NCBI GenBank assembly: GCA_963841435.1
Contig: CAWJCS010000005.1
Span: 1,312,001 to 1,376,000, forward strand
DNA: 64,000 bases
From: an uncultured delta proteobacterium
Lineage (GTDB): Bacteria; Myxococcota_A; Polyangia; Polyangiales; Polyangiaceae
Reading direction: 5' to 3'
Made by a program: the position numbers and the translations under genes. Below the pieces are notes generated by a model. That model ran no database searches and was not told where the DNA came from. It saw nothing but the letters and a program-made list of their open reading frames with translations. Below, one piece after another: positions 19,705-30,199 of the stretch (position 1 is its first letter; every line of letters begins with the position of its first letter).

Positions 19705-21904
19705 TCAGCCCGTGGGCTCGAGGATCAACGCGCCGAGCGGCGGCAGCTCCAGGCGCAGCGAGAACGGGTGCCCGTGCTGCGGCACCGGATCCGCCTCGAC
19801 GACGGCGAGCGTCGAAAATTCGCTGCCTCCGAAGCGCTGGTCGTCGCTCGACAGCTTTTCCACGTAGCGCCCGGAGGCGGGCACACCGATGCGGTACTCG
19901 CGGCGCGGCACCGGCGTGAAGTTCAACACCACGACGACGAAACGCTCGCCGTCGCTGCGAATGTACGCAAGCACGGTGTTTTCCTTGTCGGAGCAGTCGA
20001 TCCACCGAAAGCCGTGGGGGTCGTGGTCGGAACGGTAGAGCGCGGGCGTTCGCTTGTAGCAACGCGAGAGCTCGGCGATGAAATCCATCAGCTCGACGCG
20101 CGGGGGGTGATTGGCAATGTGCCAGTCGAGGCTCGCGTCGTGGTTCCACTCGGCGTGCTGAGCGAACTCCGTGCCCATGAACAGGAGCTGCTTGCCGGGA
20201 CGCGTGAATTGATACGCAATGAGCAGCCTGAGGTTCGCGAGTCGCTGCCAGAAGTCGCCGGGCATCTTCTCGATGACGGCGCCTTTGCCGTACACGACTT
20301 CGTCGTGCGAGATCGAATTGACGAAGTTCTCGGTGTACTCGTAGAGCATCGAGAACGTGAGCTGATCGACGTGGAATTTCCGATGCACCGGCTCCTTCGT
20401 GAAGAAGTTCAAGGTGTCGTGCATCCAGCCCATGTTCCACTTGAAGGTGAAGCCCAGCCCACCTTCGCTCGGGGGCCGCGTGACGCCGCCCCAGGCCGTG
20501 GACTCCTCGGCAATCGTGATCGCGCCGGGCGCGTCCTCGGCGATGGCCGTGTTCACCGCGCGCAAGAACTCGATGGCCTCGACGTTCTCGCGCCCGCCGT
20601 AGGGATTGGGCATCCACTCGCCCTCCTTGCGGCTGTAGTCGAGGTACAGCATCGACGCGACGGCGTCAACGCGTAGCGCGTCAACGTGAAACTCTTGGAG
20701 CCAGTAGAGCGCGTTCGCGATCAGGAAGTTTTTGACCTCGTTGCGCCCGAAGTTGAAGATCAGCGTGCCCCAGTCGGGGTGCTCGCCACGACGCACGTCG
20801 GCGTGCTCGTAGAGCGCCGTCCCGTCGAAGCGCCGCAAGGAGAAATCGTCCTTGGGAAAGTGGGCGGGCACCCAGTCGACGATCACGCCGATGCCGTGCT
20901 GGTGGAGATAATCGACGAAGTAGCGAAAATCGTCGGGCGTGCCGTAGCGCGCGGTCGGCGCGAAGTAGCCCGTCACCTGGTAACCCCATGAGGGGTAGTA
21001 GGCGTGCTCGGCGACGGGCAAGAGCTCGACATGGGTGAAGCCGAGCCGCGTCATGTGCTCGACGAGCCGCGGCGCGAGCTCGCGATAGCTGAGCCAGCGG
21101 TTGTTCTCTTCAGGTACCCGCAGAAACGAACCGAGATGAACCTCGTACATGGAAACGGGCTCGCGCCGTAGGTCCTTCTTCGCGCGCGCTTCCATCCACG
21201 CGGCGTCGCCCCACTCGTAGTGCGACTCGTTGACGCGCGTCGCGGTCGCCGGAGGGTGCTCCATCTCCTTGCCGAGCGGGTCGCACTTGACGCGCAGCGC
21301 GCCCTCCCGCGTGCGGAATCTCGTACTTGTAGAGCGCGCCTGGACCGACACCGGGAACGAAGAGCTCCCACACACCCGAGCTGCCGAGCGAGCGCATCGG
21401 GAAGATGCGACCGTCCCAGCGGTTGAAGTCGCCGACCAGGCTCACGCTGGCGGCGCTCGGCGCCCACACGGCAAAGGCCGTACCGGCCGTGCCGTCGATC
21501 ACCCGAGGCTGGGAGCCGAGCACGGTCCACAGGCGCCGGTGCGTCCCTTCGCCGATGAGATGCAGGTCGAGCTCACCGAGGGTCGGTAGGAAGCGATACG
21601 GGTCGTCGCGCTCCCAGGTGCCGGTGCCGTCGAAGTGAAAACGCAGCCGATACGCGAACGGCACCCTCACGTCGGGAACGAACGCGACGTACACGCCGCC
21701 GCCGATGCCGCTCATGGGTAGCGGCTCCGCGTCGCCGACGAGCAGGTCGACGGCCACGGCGTCCGGGTGGAACGCCCGCACGAGCACGCCTCGCTTGCCG
21801 CCGACCTCGACCGCATGCGCACCGAGGACGCTGTGAGGATCGTGACTGTGGCCCGAACGCAACGCTTCGATCCCGGGGTCCCCGCTGAGCGTCTTCAGAT
21901 CCAT
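19705..21904 (-). CDS. glgB: 1,4-alpha-glucan branching enzyme, interrupted by one extra base near 21317
   Basis: [66 protein letters not shown]; removing one base joins YKYEI to RTREG. Confidence 0.93.
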
Positions 21905-24021
21905 CACTCGGTCTCGTAGCACAGCAGGACGAGCGAATGCGCCGCGACGTTCACGCCGGCCTTGGGCACTCGCCGGGCGGCGCGTCCGGCCGGCTGGGCC
22001 GTATTGACCGCCTCGCTCCAGTGACCTCGCTCGGGTAGCTCGGGCAGAACGTAATGCACCTGCTTTACACCGGCATTCAAAAGCAAGAGCAGGGTCCGGC
22101 CGCGCGTCGGCTGGCCGCGCTCGTCAACGTCATCCGATGCGTCACCGTGGATCAGCATCCCGAGACTTTGCGTCTTCGGATTGCTCCAGTCGGCGAGTGT
22201 CATCTCCCCTCCCGCCGGCCGCACCCAGGAAACGTCCTTCGCGTCACCGTCACCCACGGGTCCGCCACTGAAGAAGCGGCGCCTGCGAAACACGGGATTG
22301 TCGCGCATCACCTCGAACACGTCTTGCGAGAACATGAGAAGCTCGTCCTCGCGCGGCCCGAGGTCCCAGTCGATCCACGAGATGGTGTTGTCCTGGCAGT
22401 AGGCGTTGTTGTTGCCCTGCTGCGTGCGCCCGAGCTCGTCCCCATGTGACAGCATGGGGACGCCCTGGGAGAACGCCAGCGTGGCGATTAGGTTCTTGCG
22501 CATCCGATCGCGCAACTTGAGCACGCTCGGCGTGGTCGTTTCGCCCTCCACGCCCCAGTTGCGGGAAAAGTTCTCACTCGTGCCGTCGCGATTGTCCTCG
22601 CCATTCGCGACGTTGTGCTTCTGGTCGTACGAGACCAGGTCCTCGAGCGTGAAGCCATCGTGGCAGGTGACGAAGTTGATGCTCGAGAACGGGTTCCGGT
22701 CGGGGCCATGGAAGATGTCGCTCGAGCCGGAAAGTCGCGAAGCGAGCTCCGAGACCTGGCCTTCGTCGCCTCGCCAGAAGCGGCGCACGCAATCGCGGTA
22801 GCGCGCATTCCACTCGGCCCACCCCGGCGGAAATCCACCGAGGCGGTAGCCACCGGGCCCGAGGTCCCACGGCTCGGCGATGAGCTTCACCTGCGACAAG
22901 GTCGGATCTTGCTGCGCGATCGCGAAGAAGCGCGAGAACGCGTCGAAATCGTGCGGGTCGCGCGCGAGCGTCGTCGCAAGATCGAAGCGGAAGCCGTCAA
23001 CGTGCATGTCCTCGACCCAGTAGCGCAGACTGTCGAGCACGAGCTGCAGGCTCCGCGGGTGCAGCACGTTGTAGCTGTTGCCGCAGCCCGTGAAATCCTC
23101 GTAGCGGCGCCCGTCCCCGGTGAGCAGGCGGTAGTAGGCCGCGTTGTCAACGCCGCGAAAGCACAGCGTGGGGCCCAGGTGGCTCCCCTCGCCCGTGTGG
23201 TTGTAGACAACGTCGAGAATCACTTCGATGCCGGCGCGGTGCAGCGCCTTGACCATCGTCTTGAATTCGGTGACCTGCTCGCCGAGGGCACCGGTCGCGA
23301 AGCGGGGGTCCGGCGCGAAGAAGCCAATCGTGTTGTAGCCCCAGTAGTTGACGAGCCCCATGTCCATGAGGCGGCGCTCGGTCAGGGCGTGTTGCACGGG
23401 CAGAAGCTCGACGGCCGTCACGCCGAGCGAGCGCAAGTGGTCGAGCACGGGCTGCGACGCGAGCCCGAGGTAGGTGCCGCGCAGGTGCCCCGGAAGCGCG
23501 GGGTGAAGCCGGGTCATGCCGCCCACGTGGCACTCGTAGATGACGGTGCGGCTCCACGGCACGTTCGGCGGGCAATCGTCGCCCCAGGTGAAGGCGCTCT
23601 CGACGACGAGCGACTTCGGCACGACGGCGGCGCTGTCGGTGGTGCTCAAGACGGACGCGTCGGTGGTGCCCGCGGGGAAGCCGAACGTCTCGTCGGCGCA
23701 CACGATCTCGCCGGCGATCGCCTTGGCGTACGGATCGATGAGGAGCTTGTGCGGGTTGAAGCGGTGGCCGACCTCGGGAGCGAAGGGGCCGTGGACTCGA
23801 TACCCGTAGAGCTGGCCCGGACGGAGATCCGGAAAATACGAATGGAAGATGCCGTGCGTGCGCTCCTTGAGCGGGATGCGCAACGACTCTTCCGCCGAGC
23901 CGGGCGCTTCGAACAGGCACAGCTCGACGCTCGTCGCGTGCTGTGAAAAGAGAGCGAAGTTGACGCCCTGGCCGTCCCAGGTAGCGCCGAGCGGTTGAGG
24001 AACGCCGGGTCGAAGCCGCAC
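21904..24021 (-). CDS. glgX: Glycogen debranching enzyme
   Basis: PLGATWDGQGVNFALFS, NYWGYNT, DVVYNHT, DGFRFDLA, IAEPWD, NFVTCHDGFTL, GNNNAYCQDN. Confidence 0.96.
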   Translation of the reverse strand: MRLRPGVPQPLGATWDGQGVNFALFSQHATSVELCLFEAPGSAEESLRIPLKERTHGIFHSYFPDLRPGQLYGYRVHGPFAPEVGHRFNPHKLLIDPYAKAIAGEIVCADETFGFPAGTTDASVLSTTDSAAVVPKSLVVESAFTWGDDCPPNVPWSRTVIYECHVGGMTRLHPALPGHLRGTYLGLASQPVLDHLRSLGVTAVELLPVQHALTERRLMDMGLVNYWGYNTIGFFAPDPRFATGALGEQVTEFKTMVKALHRAGIEVILDVVYNHTGEGSHLGPTLCFRGVDNAAYYRLLTGDGRRYEDFTGCGNSYNVLHPRSLQLVLDSLRYWVEDMHVDGFRFDLATTLARDPHDFDAFSRFFAIAQQDPTLSQVKLIAEPWDLGPGGYRLGGFPPGWAEWNARYRDCVRRFWRGDEGQVSELASRLSGSSDIFHGPDRNPFSSINFVTCHDGFTLEDLVSYDQKHNVANGEDNRDGTSENFSRNWGVEGETTTPSVLKLRDRMRKNLIATLAFSQGVPMLSHGDELGRTQQGNNNAYCQDNTISWIDWDLGPREDELLMFSQDVFEVMRDNPVFRRRRFFSGGPVGDGDAKDVSWVRPAGGEMTLADWSNPKTQSLGMLIHGDASDDVDERGQPTRGRTLLLLLNAGVKQVHYVLPELPERGHWSEAVNTAQPAGRAARRVPKAGVNVAAHSLVLLCYETE

Positions 24022-24088
24022 GGAAAGTGCCGGAGTCTACTTCAGGGCGGTCACGCTCGAACAGCGTCCCGCGCACCCCGCTCGCGGG

Positions 24089-25090
24089 TCACGGCCGCGC
24101 GGGCGGCGAGCCGGAAGCCGCGGGGGCCGCGTCCCGACGCAGGAACGAAACGTCATCGATCCATACGTCGAACGGGGTGTCCTCGGCCGCGACGCCGAAC
24201 TCGATGAAGCGGATGCGCCGCGGGTCGAAGGGCGTGGGCGGCCCGCCATCGAAAAGCTGGTGGAGCTCCTCCCAGCGCACGCTCTTGTGCTCGAAGGTCT
24301 TGCCGAGGGAGACGCGCGCGCGGTGGCTGTTGTAACAATCCCTCTGGCAGAGCCCGCCGTACTTCACGTCCTGCACGTCAATCATCTGCAGGCCGACGAG
24401 CAGCGTGCCCGGGCCCTTGGCCCAGAAGTGAACGCCCGCGTACGCCGAAGCGTCGTAGCAGCTCGCGTCGGCGAGCTCGGCGCCGAAGGTGACGCCCCAG
24501 AGCGTGAACTTCCCGCCCGTGACGTGAAGCCCGTAGTGGCTCTTGCCGCGACCACCCGGGATCTTCGAGGGGAAGAGCGCCGAGCGGCCGGGCGGCGACT
24601 GCGTGCCGGTCTCGTCGTCGTAGGTCATCCAGCCGCCGGAGCGGCCGTCGCGCGGCAGCACACGCGAGTCGTTGCCCTCGAAGTCCTCGATGAGCGGCGC
24701 GTCGCCGCGGGCGATGACGAGCTCGGGGCATGCGAGGACGGGGGGCGGCAGCGCCGGACGCGTGGGACCGGCGCTCGGCGCGGGGGGCTCCGGCGGTGGC
24801 ACGATTTCCCGAGCAGCGAAGCGCGGTGCCTTGGGCGCGAGCGAAAGCGCCACCGCTGCGGCAGCCGCGAGCACGACGCCGGCGCCCGCCAGCTTGACGA
24901 GCCCGCCTCGCGGTTTCGCGAGCGCTTCGAGCCCCGCGCCGAGCGCGCGCTCCTTCGCGCGTGCGCCACCGACATCGAGCGTGGCCGAACGCAAAAGGAG
25001 CCGCTCGACCTCCGCCGTCTCGCCGCTCGCGGCGTCCGGCGCCGCGCCCTGGTCGGCGGCGTCCGGCGTGGAGGGTTCGTCGTCGCTCAT
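24089..25090 (-). CDS. Putative anti-sigma-like membrane protein with C-terminal CBM11-like carbohydrate-binding domain
   Basis: ATG 25090 overlaps the sigma stop; TM helix, Pro-rich linker, then LIEDFE..DGRSGGW, DASAYAGVHFWAKG, FDVWIDDVSF. Confidence 0.7.
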   Translation of the reverse strand: MSDDEPSTPDAADQGAAPDAASGETAEVERLLLRSATLDVGGARAKERALGAGLEALAKPRGGLVKLAGAGVVLAAAAAVALSLAPKAPRFAAREIVPPPEPPAPSAGPTRPALPPPVLACPELVIARGDAPLIEDFEGNDSRVLPRDGRSGGWMTYDDETGTQSPPGRSALFPSKIPGGRGKSHYGLHVTGGKFTLWGVTFGAELADASCYDASAYAGVHFWAKGPGTLLVGLQMIDVQDVKYGGLCQRDCYNSHRARVSLGKTFEHKSVRWEELHQLFDGGPPTPFDPRRIRFIEFGVAAEDTPFDVWIDDVSFLRRDAAPAASGSPPARP

Positions 25091-25704
25091 CGTTTCCTCC
25101 AGGAGAAGGCTTCGCGCGAAAGCAGTCGTTTGACTCCCTGCGAGAACACTTCGCGCGCCGCGCGCAAGCGCGAGCTCACGGTGCCGAGCGGCACGCCCAG
25201 CATGTCGGCGATCGAGCGAACGGGCTCGTCTTCGAGCTCGGCAAGCACGAACACGACGCGCTGCTCTTCGCTCATGCTTTCGAGGATGCTCTGCAGCAAC
25301 GCGCGAGCTTGAGCGAGCTCGGCGAGGGCTTCGGGGTCGAGCCCTTCGGGGGTCGGCTGCGAATCCAGGGATTCGGCCGGGTCTTCGGGGTGGCGTCAAC
25401 GCGTGCGACGCCGCGTCGACGCGACACGCACGGCCGTACCGAACAGGAACGACCGCTCGCGCTCCGGCTCCAGCGCGTCGAGCTTGCGCGCCGCCACGAC
25501 GAACACCTCCTGCGCGGCGTCGTCGGCGTCGCCCGGCGGCACACCGAGCCGCCGCACGCTGCGCCAGACGAACTCGAAGTGGCGATCGACGAGCGCGCGG
25601 AAGCGTCGCGAACGTTCGTCGAGCGTGCGCGCCACGATCAGCCCCGCGGAACGCTCGCCGCGGAGCACGCCCGTGCGCCCGGGAGGGTCGTCCAATCGCA
25701 GCAC
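25087..25704 (-). pseudogene. ECF RNA polymerase sigma factor with in-frame TGA at 25396-25398; start uncertain
   Basis: Region 2 (HFEFVWRSVRRLGV, DADDAAQEVF) and region 4 (IADMLGVPLGTVSSRLRAAR) share one frame, separated by a single TGA. Confidence 0.85.
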
Positions 25705-25962
25705 AAATGTCCCATGGCCGGGGGTTGACGTTTGATCGTCGCAAACGCCACGTGGTGGGGAAAATTCCGACGGCTGCCGAGTAGCCTTGCCCCACTCGCG
25801 CGCGAGCCGAACGACATCGTTGGAGAATTTCGACGGCCCGGCGCGTCACGGACGAGCGTCGGACTGGCTGCCTGCCTTCGGTTCGAAGGGTGCGGGCACT
25901 GTACCTTCGTGCCAGCCCTTCCGGCCGAGGCTACGCCCCCAAGACGGGTCCGCGCGAAGCGG

Positions 25963-26289
25963 ATGCGCGTGCGCCGCCTGGGCTCGCGTGTGGCGACGCG
26001 CTTCTCGGTGTTCGTGGGGCAAGGCGCGGAGCGCCTCCGAGGTCGGGCCGCGGAGCTTTCGACCACGGGCGTGCTGCTCGATCTCAGACACGCCGAACGA
26101 CGTCTCTTGCTCGGGCTGCAGCAGCTCGAGCTCGCCGTGCCGGGTGTGCCGCGTCCCATTCGCGTCGTGGCGCGTCCCGTGCGCGAGGTCGGAAGGCTTC
26201 GCGCGTTCGAGTTCTTGTCGATCGATCCGGTCGATCGACTGACGCTCGCGGAATACATCGACAAGCTCGGAAGGCCTGGCTGGCGCTGA
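25963..26289 (+). CDS. Stand-alone PilZ-like domain protein
   Basis: RRLGSR (RxxxR), ELSTTG, closing helix DRLTLAEYID. Confidence 0.7.
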   Translation: MRVRRLGSRVATRFSVFVGQGAERLRGRAAELSTTGVLLDLRHAERRLLLGLQQLELAVPGVPRPIRVVARPVREVGRLRAFEFLSIDPVDRLTLAEYIDKLGRPGWR

Positions 26290-26335
26290 GCTCCGGCGGC
26301 GCCGAGCCCCCGGGTCACGGCGCCGAGCGGCACGT

Positions 26336-27511
26336 TCAGCGCGAGGGCACCGCGGCGCCCAGCGCCACCGCTTCGCGCGACAACACACCCCCGCGACACC
26401 CGAAGCGCGTCACGCCGAGCGCCTCGCCGAGCGCCGAAGCAACGAGCAGCGCCCGCCCTGACCACGCGGCGCGAGAGCGCGGCGGCGCGACCTCGGGCGG
26501 CAAGAGCGGCGTGAGGCCGCCGCGCGGCTCGTCGAGTCGAAGATCGAGGCCCGCGCCGCGGATGCGCGCGCCGTCCCCCTCGCACACGAAGTGCGTGCTC
26601 CGCAGATCGAGGTATTCCGCAGCATCCTCGCGTCCACCGACGCGCGCTGCTCGACGGCTGCCCTGGCAATCGCCGACCAGCCAGAGCGCACCGCCGAACG
26701 TCGGCATGCCGAGCGGCTTGCAGCCCGCGAGCAAGCGATCGGCTCGCGCGTACTCGGGGCTTCGCTCGATCGTGAACATCGTCGTGAGCGGCGCGCCGTC
26801 CGCTTCGGTGCACACGCCGTAGTGGAAGCGATCGCCGCGCACCGTGAGCAACGCCGAGTCGTCCGTGCAGGGCACGGGCACCGTGAGCGGCAAGCCGCCC
26901 TTCTTCGTCTCGGTCGCCGAGATCTCGTGAAACGCGAAGCCGAAGCAGCCCTTCTGTCCGGCGTCGAGGCAGGGCGCCGGCTCACCACGCGCGAACACGA
27001 GCGCGGCGTCGCCGCGCGCGGCGACGGCCACGTTGCCGCGCGCCATGCGCGGACCCGCCCAGGCGCCCCCGAGGTCGAGCACCGCCGGCTCGGCATTTCC
27101 CGCGCGCTCCCTCGGCACGAACGCCGCTCGCACACGCGCTTTCGGGCCCTGGCGCTCCACCCAGGCGAGCCCGAGCCTGTCGCCGACCCACGCCGCCGCG
27201 AGGTCGGACGGCTCCGCGCCCCCGGGACGCCGGCCGAGCACGGGGGTGGGCACGCCCGTGACCGCCCCGTCGCCGTCGAGCTCGAGCTTTTCGATCGCGC
27301 CGCTTTGGGCGCTCGCGAAGACGAGCGTTGCGCCCGCGCGGCTCGGTACGAGCTCGAAGGCCGTGGGCGTCACGAGCGCGACCGCACCCGGCGCCGCGGG
27401 GACGCTGGTGCGAGCGGAGGCCGACGCCACCCCGCCGCCCGTCGCCGTCTTCTTCTCGCAACCGAGCGACGCGATGGCGGCGAGCACGGCGAGCGCCGAT
27501 AGGCGGAGCAT
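26336..27511 (-). CDS. Hypothetical Cys-containing lipoprotein
   Basis: MLRLSALAVLAAIASLGC lipobox; several Cys. Confidence 0.7.
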   Translation of the reverse strand: MLRLSALAVLAAIASLGCEKKTATGGGVASASARTSVPAAPGAVALVTPTAFELVPSRAGATLVFASAQSGAIEKLELDGDGAVTGVPTPVLGRRPGGAEPSDLAAAWVGDRLGLAWVERQGPKARVRAAFVPRERAGNAEPAVLDLGGAWAGPRMARGNVAVAARGDAALVFARGEPAPCLDAGQKGCFGFAFHEISATETKKGGLPLTVPVPCTDDSALLTVRGDRFHYGVCTEADGAPLTTMFTIERSPEYARADRLLAGCKPLGMPTFGGALWLVGDCQGSRRAARVGGREDAAEYLDLRSTHFVCEGDGARIRGAGLDLRLDEPRGGLTPLLPPEVAPPRSRAAWSGRALLVASALGEALGVTRFGCRGGVLSREAVALGAAVPSR

Positions 27512-27662
27512 GGCGAGCACCGAGCGACGCTAACACGCGCGGCGCGGCGCTCCACCGACCGCGGACGCCGCGCCACTCGTGGAACGGCACGCCCCGCGGC
27601 CGTCCGCACCCGACGCCCGAAGGTCGCCGCCAAAACTCCCTCTCGCTCGAAAAACCGTGCGC

Positions 27663-28043
27663 TCAGGGCCGCGCGCCCACGGCGAGCTCGGTCGCGGCGG
27701 CTTGCGAGCCGTTCGCCGACGTGGCTTCGAGGCGCACGTAGCGCGCGGCGGCGGGGCCGAACGTCGCGACTTTCATCTTGCCGTTGACGGGCCAGGTGCC
27801 GCGCGTCGCCTCGCTGAAGCTCGTGCCGTCGGTGCTGAGCGAGACGGTATAGCCCGTGATGGCGCCGCTCGTGCTCGGCCCCATGTTGGCGACGTAGCGC
27901 GGCACGTAGAGCAGGATGCCCACGTCCGGCTTGGTTGCGCCAAGATCGAGCGTCACCGATTGCGGCAGCGAGCCGCTCGATGTGGCGCAGAGAACGCTCG
28001 CGACGAAGCGCCACGCGCAGTCGGCGGCGCCCGAACGAGTCAC
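27663..28043 (-). pseudogene. Orphan C-terminal part of an F5/8 type C (discoidin/CBM32-like) domain
   Basis: LPQSVTLDLG, YVPR, ITGYTVSLSTDG, ARYVRLEA; N-terminal part of the domain and a convincing start are missing. Confidence 0.6.
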
Positions 28044-28059
28044 CGACCGGCGCGCGCGC

Positions 28060-30082
28060 TCAGCGCTCTCTCTGTAGGCGACGCGTGGGCGAGCGCGGCG
28101 GCGCGGGCGCGAGATCACGCGCGAGCGCCGGCCCCTGAAACGGCGCCGTGAACGCCGGCTTGGGAGGCAGCTCGCCCGATGCGAGGCGGTCTTGCCACTC
28201 CTCGTCCGTGAGTCGCTTGCCGCCTGGGGACTTGAACTCGTAGTACGAGTACGCGGGGCCGACGTACGCCGTGCGATGGGGCCCGTTGTCGACGGCCACG
28301 ACGAGGAGCTCGGCGTCACCGACACCCTCTTCGAGCACGTTCCCGCTGACCGAATCGGTGTGAACGTCCGCGACGACGGGCGCGTAGGACGAGGGCGACG
28401 TGCCGTAGAACAGCGACGGGTACCAGCCATCGTAGCGCGGTGGGCCGCTGCCGCCGCCACGAATGTCGATGGTCTTTTTGATGAAGGCGCGCTCCGCCGC
28501 CGAAAACGGCTTGGCCGCGAGCTCTTTCGTCGCAAGGCCCTCCAGCTTCCGCATCACCCCGGCGAAGCGCTCGAAGAACGCCGCCTGCTCGGCTTGGACG
28601 CCCGGGTCTCCCTTCCAACGCGCCGGAGCGTGAGCGAGCGGGGGCATCCTGCCGGTGCGGGTCGAGAGCGTCGCGGAGAGATCCGCGAGCGCGGCGAAGA
28701 AGCGCGGGTAGGGCTCGACGAACCCCTCCGGATACTCGCACGAGGTCGATGCGGTGTACGACTGCTTCGCGTAGAGCACTGTGTCGTGGCGAAGCTCCGT
28801 CCACGAGCCAAGCGCCGTGCGGAGCTTTTTCGCCTGCCAGGCTCCGCGTTGCATCACCTGGGGCAGACCCTCGTCGGGCGGCACCTCCTTGACGAGCGTG
28901 CGAAGCGTCGCAAGCCACTGATCGTAGGCGCTCCCGCGCCACGCCTCGGGCGGCCGAGTGTCGACGACGCGGCGCGCCGCGAGCAGGTTCGACGCGTAGT
29001 GGTACCGCTCGAGCTCCGGCGCGAGCGCGCGGACGGCGTGATTGCTCCCGAGCGCGGCCATGGCGTCGAGCCCCGTCGGCATGCGACGCTGGACTTTCTC
29101 GCCGCGGTACTCGATCGAGTCGTAAACGACGCGCGAAAGAACGAACGAGTCGATCACGAAACGCTGCCCGAAGAGCTGCAGCTCCTTCGGGATCGCCACG
29201 GGCACGGTGCCCGGCGCGTCGCCGTTGATGGCCTGGCTGCGGATCTGCTGCCCGCGCCCGCCGGACGCGGAGAGCGCCTCGTCGAAGCGCGCGAGCGCGG
29301 CCGGATCGACGAGCTCTTCAGGGCGCGAAATGCGCGCCGTCTGGAGTGCCCGCGCCGCATCGTCAACCGTGACGTTGTCGGCGCGCCCCACCATGAAGTC
29401 GACGACGTGGCTCGCCGCGGCGAGTCGCCCGAGCTCGCCGCTCACGTCGAGCAGCATCGTGAGCAGGAGGGCGTCGCGCCGCTCCCGCTCGACGTTCACC
29501 GCGAGCGTCGTGGCCGGGTCGACCCTGGCGAGCGTGAAACCGAGGTCGGCGCGGCCGAGCCACATCATCGCCCGAAAGTAGCGGCGGAGCTCGGTCGAGT
29601 GCGTGTAGTGTCCGCGAGGGCGAAACTGCGACCAGTCGACGTAGCGCTTGCCGCCGTACAGGTTGGTGTGGACGCCCGAGTGCGGATCCTCCGTACGGAG
29701 CGACGCTGCCTTGCCGAGGAGCACGCCGACGAGCTTCGGGTCGCCGACGCGTGGCGCGACGGAAAGCTCGCCGGGCTTCGGTGTTTGACCGAGGGCGGCG
29801 AGCCGATACCCGGGAACCGCGGGCTCGTCGGTCGGCGCGCCTGCGCCGGCGAGCAGGTTACGAGCGACCCTCGACCGCCGCGATCACGGCGTGCGCCGAG
29901 GCGTCGGATCCCGACGGCGCCATGGGCCCCGGGCTCGCGTTGCTCGCCGGGGGAGGAGGGGCCCGTGGCGGAGCGCTGCCCGCCGGGTCACGCGCCGGAT
30001 GCTGGAGCGAGGTCGCGCCTGCACAGGCGGCCAGGAGTGCACACCAAACCCACCACCAGCCTCGCTGCCAGGCCATCTCCAC
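28060..30082 (-). pseudogene. DUF3160 family lipoprotein, broken near 29865
   Basis: DWSQFRPRGHYT, YFRAMMWLGR, GQRFVIDS, LGSWTELRHDTVLYAKQSY, VADVHTD; the signal segment (LLAAC) is in a different frame. Confidence 0.8.
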
Positions 30083-30199
30083 CGCCTTTGACGAAAACCC
30101 AGGCTACGCCTTGGCTCGCCAAGAGCTTCCCTCACCGATCGCCGGCCGCCGCGAGCCACGTCGAGCGGGGGCTGCAGCACCCGGGAACCCTGGCGTCCG

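Noticed and set aside
21300-21330. Programmed frameshift in glgB
   Set aside because: No slippery heptamer; a single extra base explains it
25396-25398. Selenocysteine or programmed readthrough in the sigma gene
   Set aside because: The site is an Arg-rich linker rather than a Cys position, and no SECIS-like hairpin was recognised
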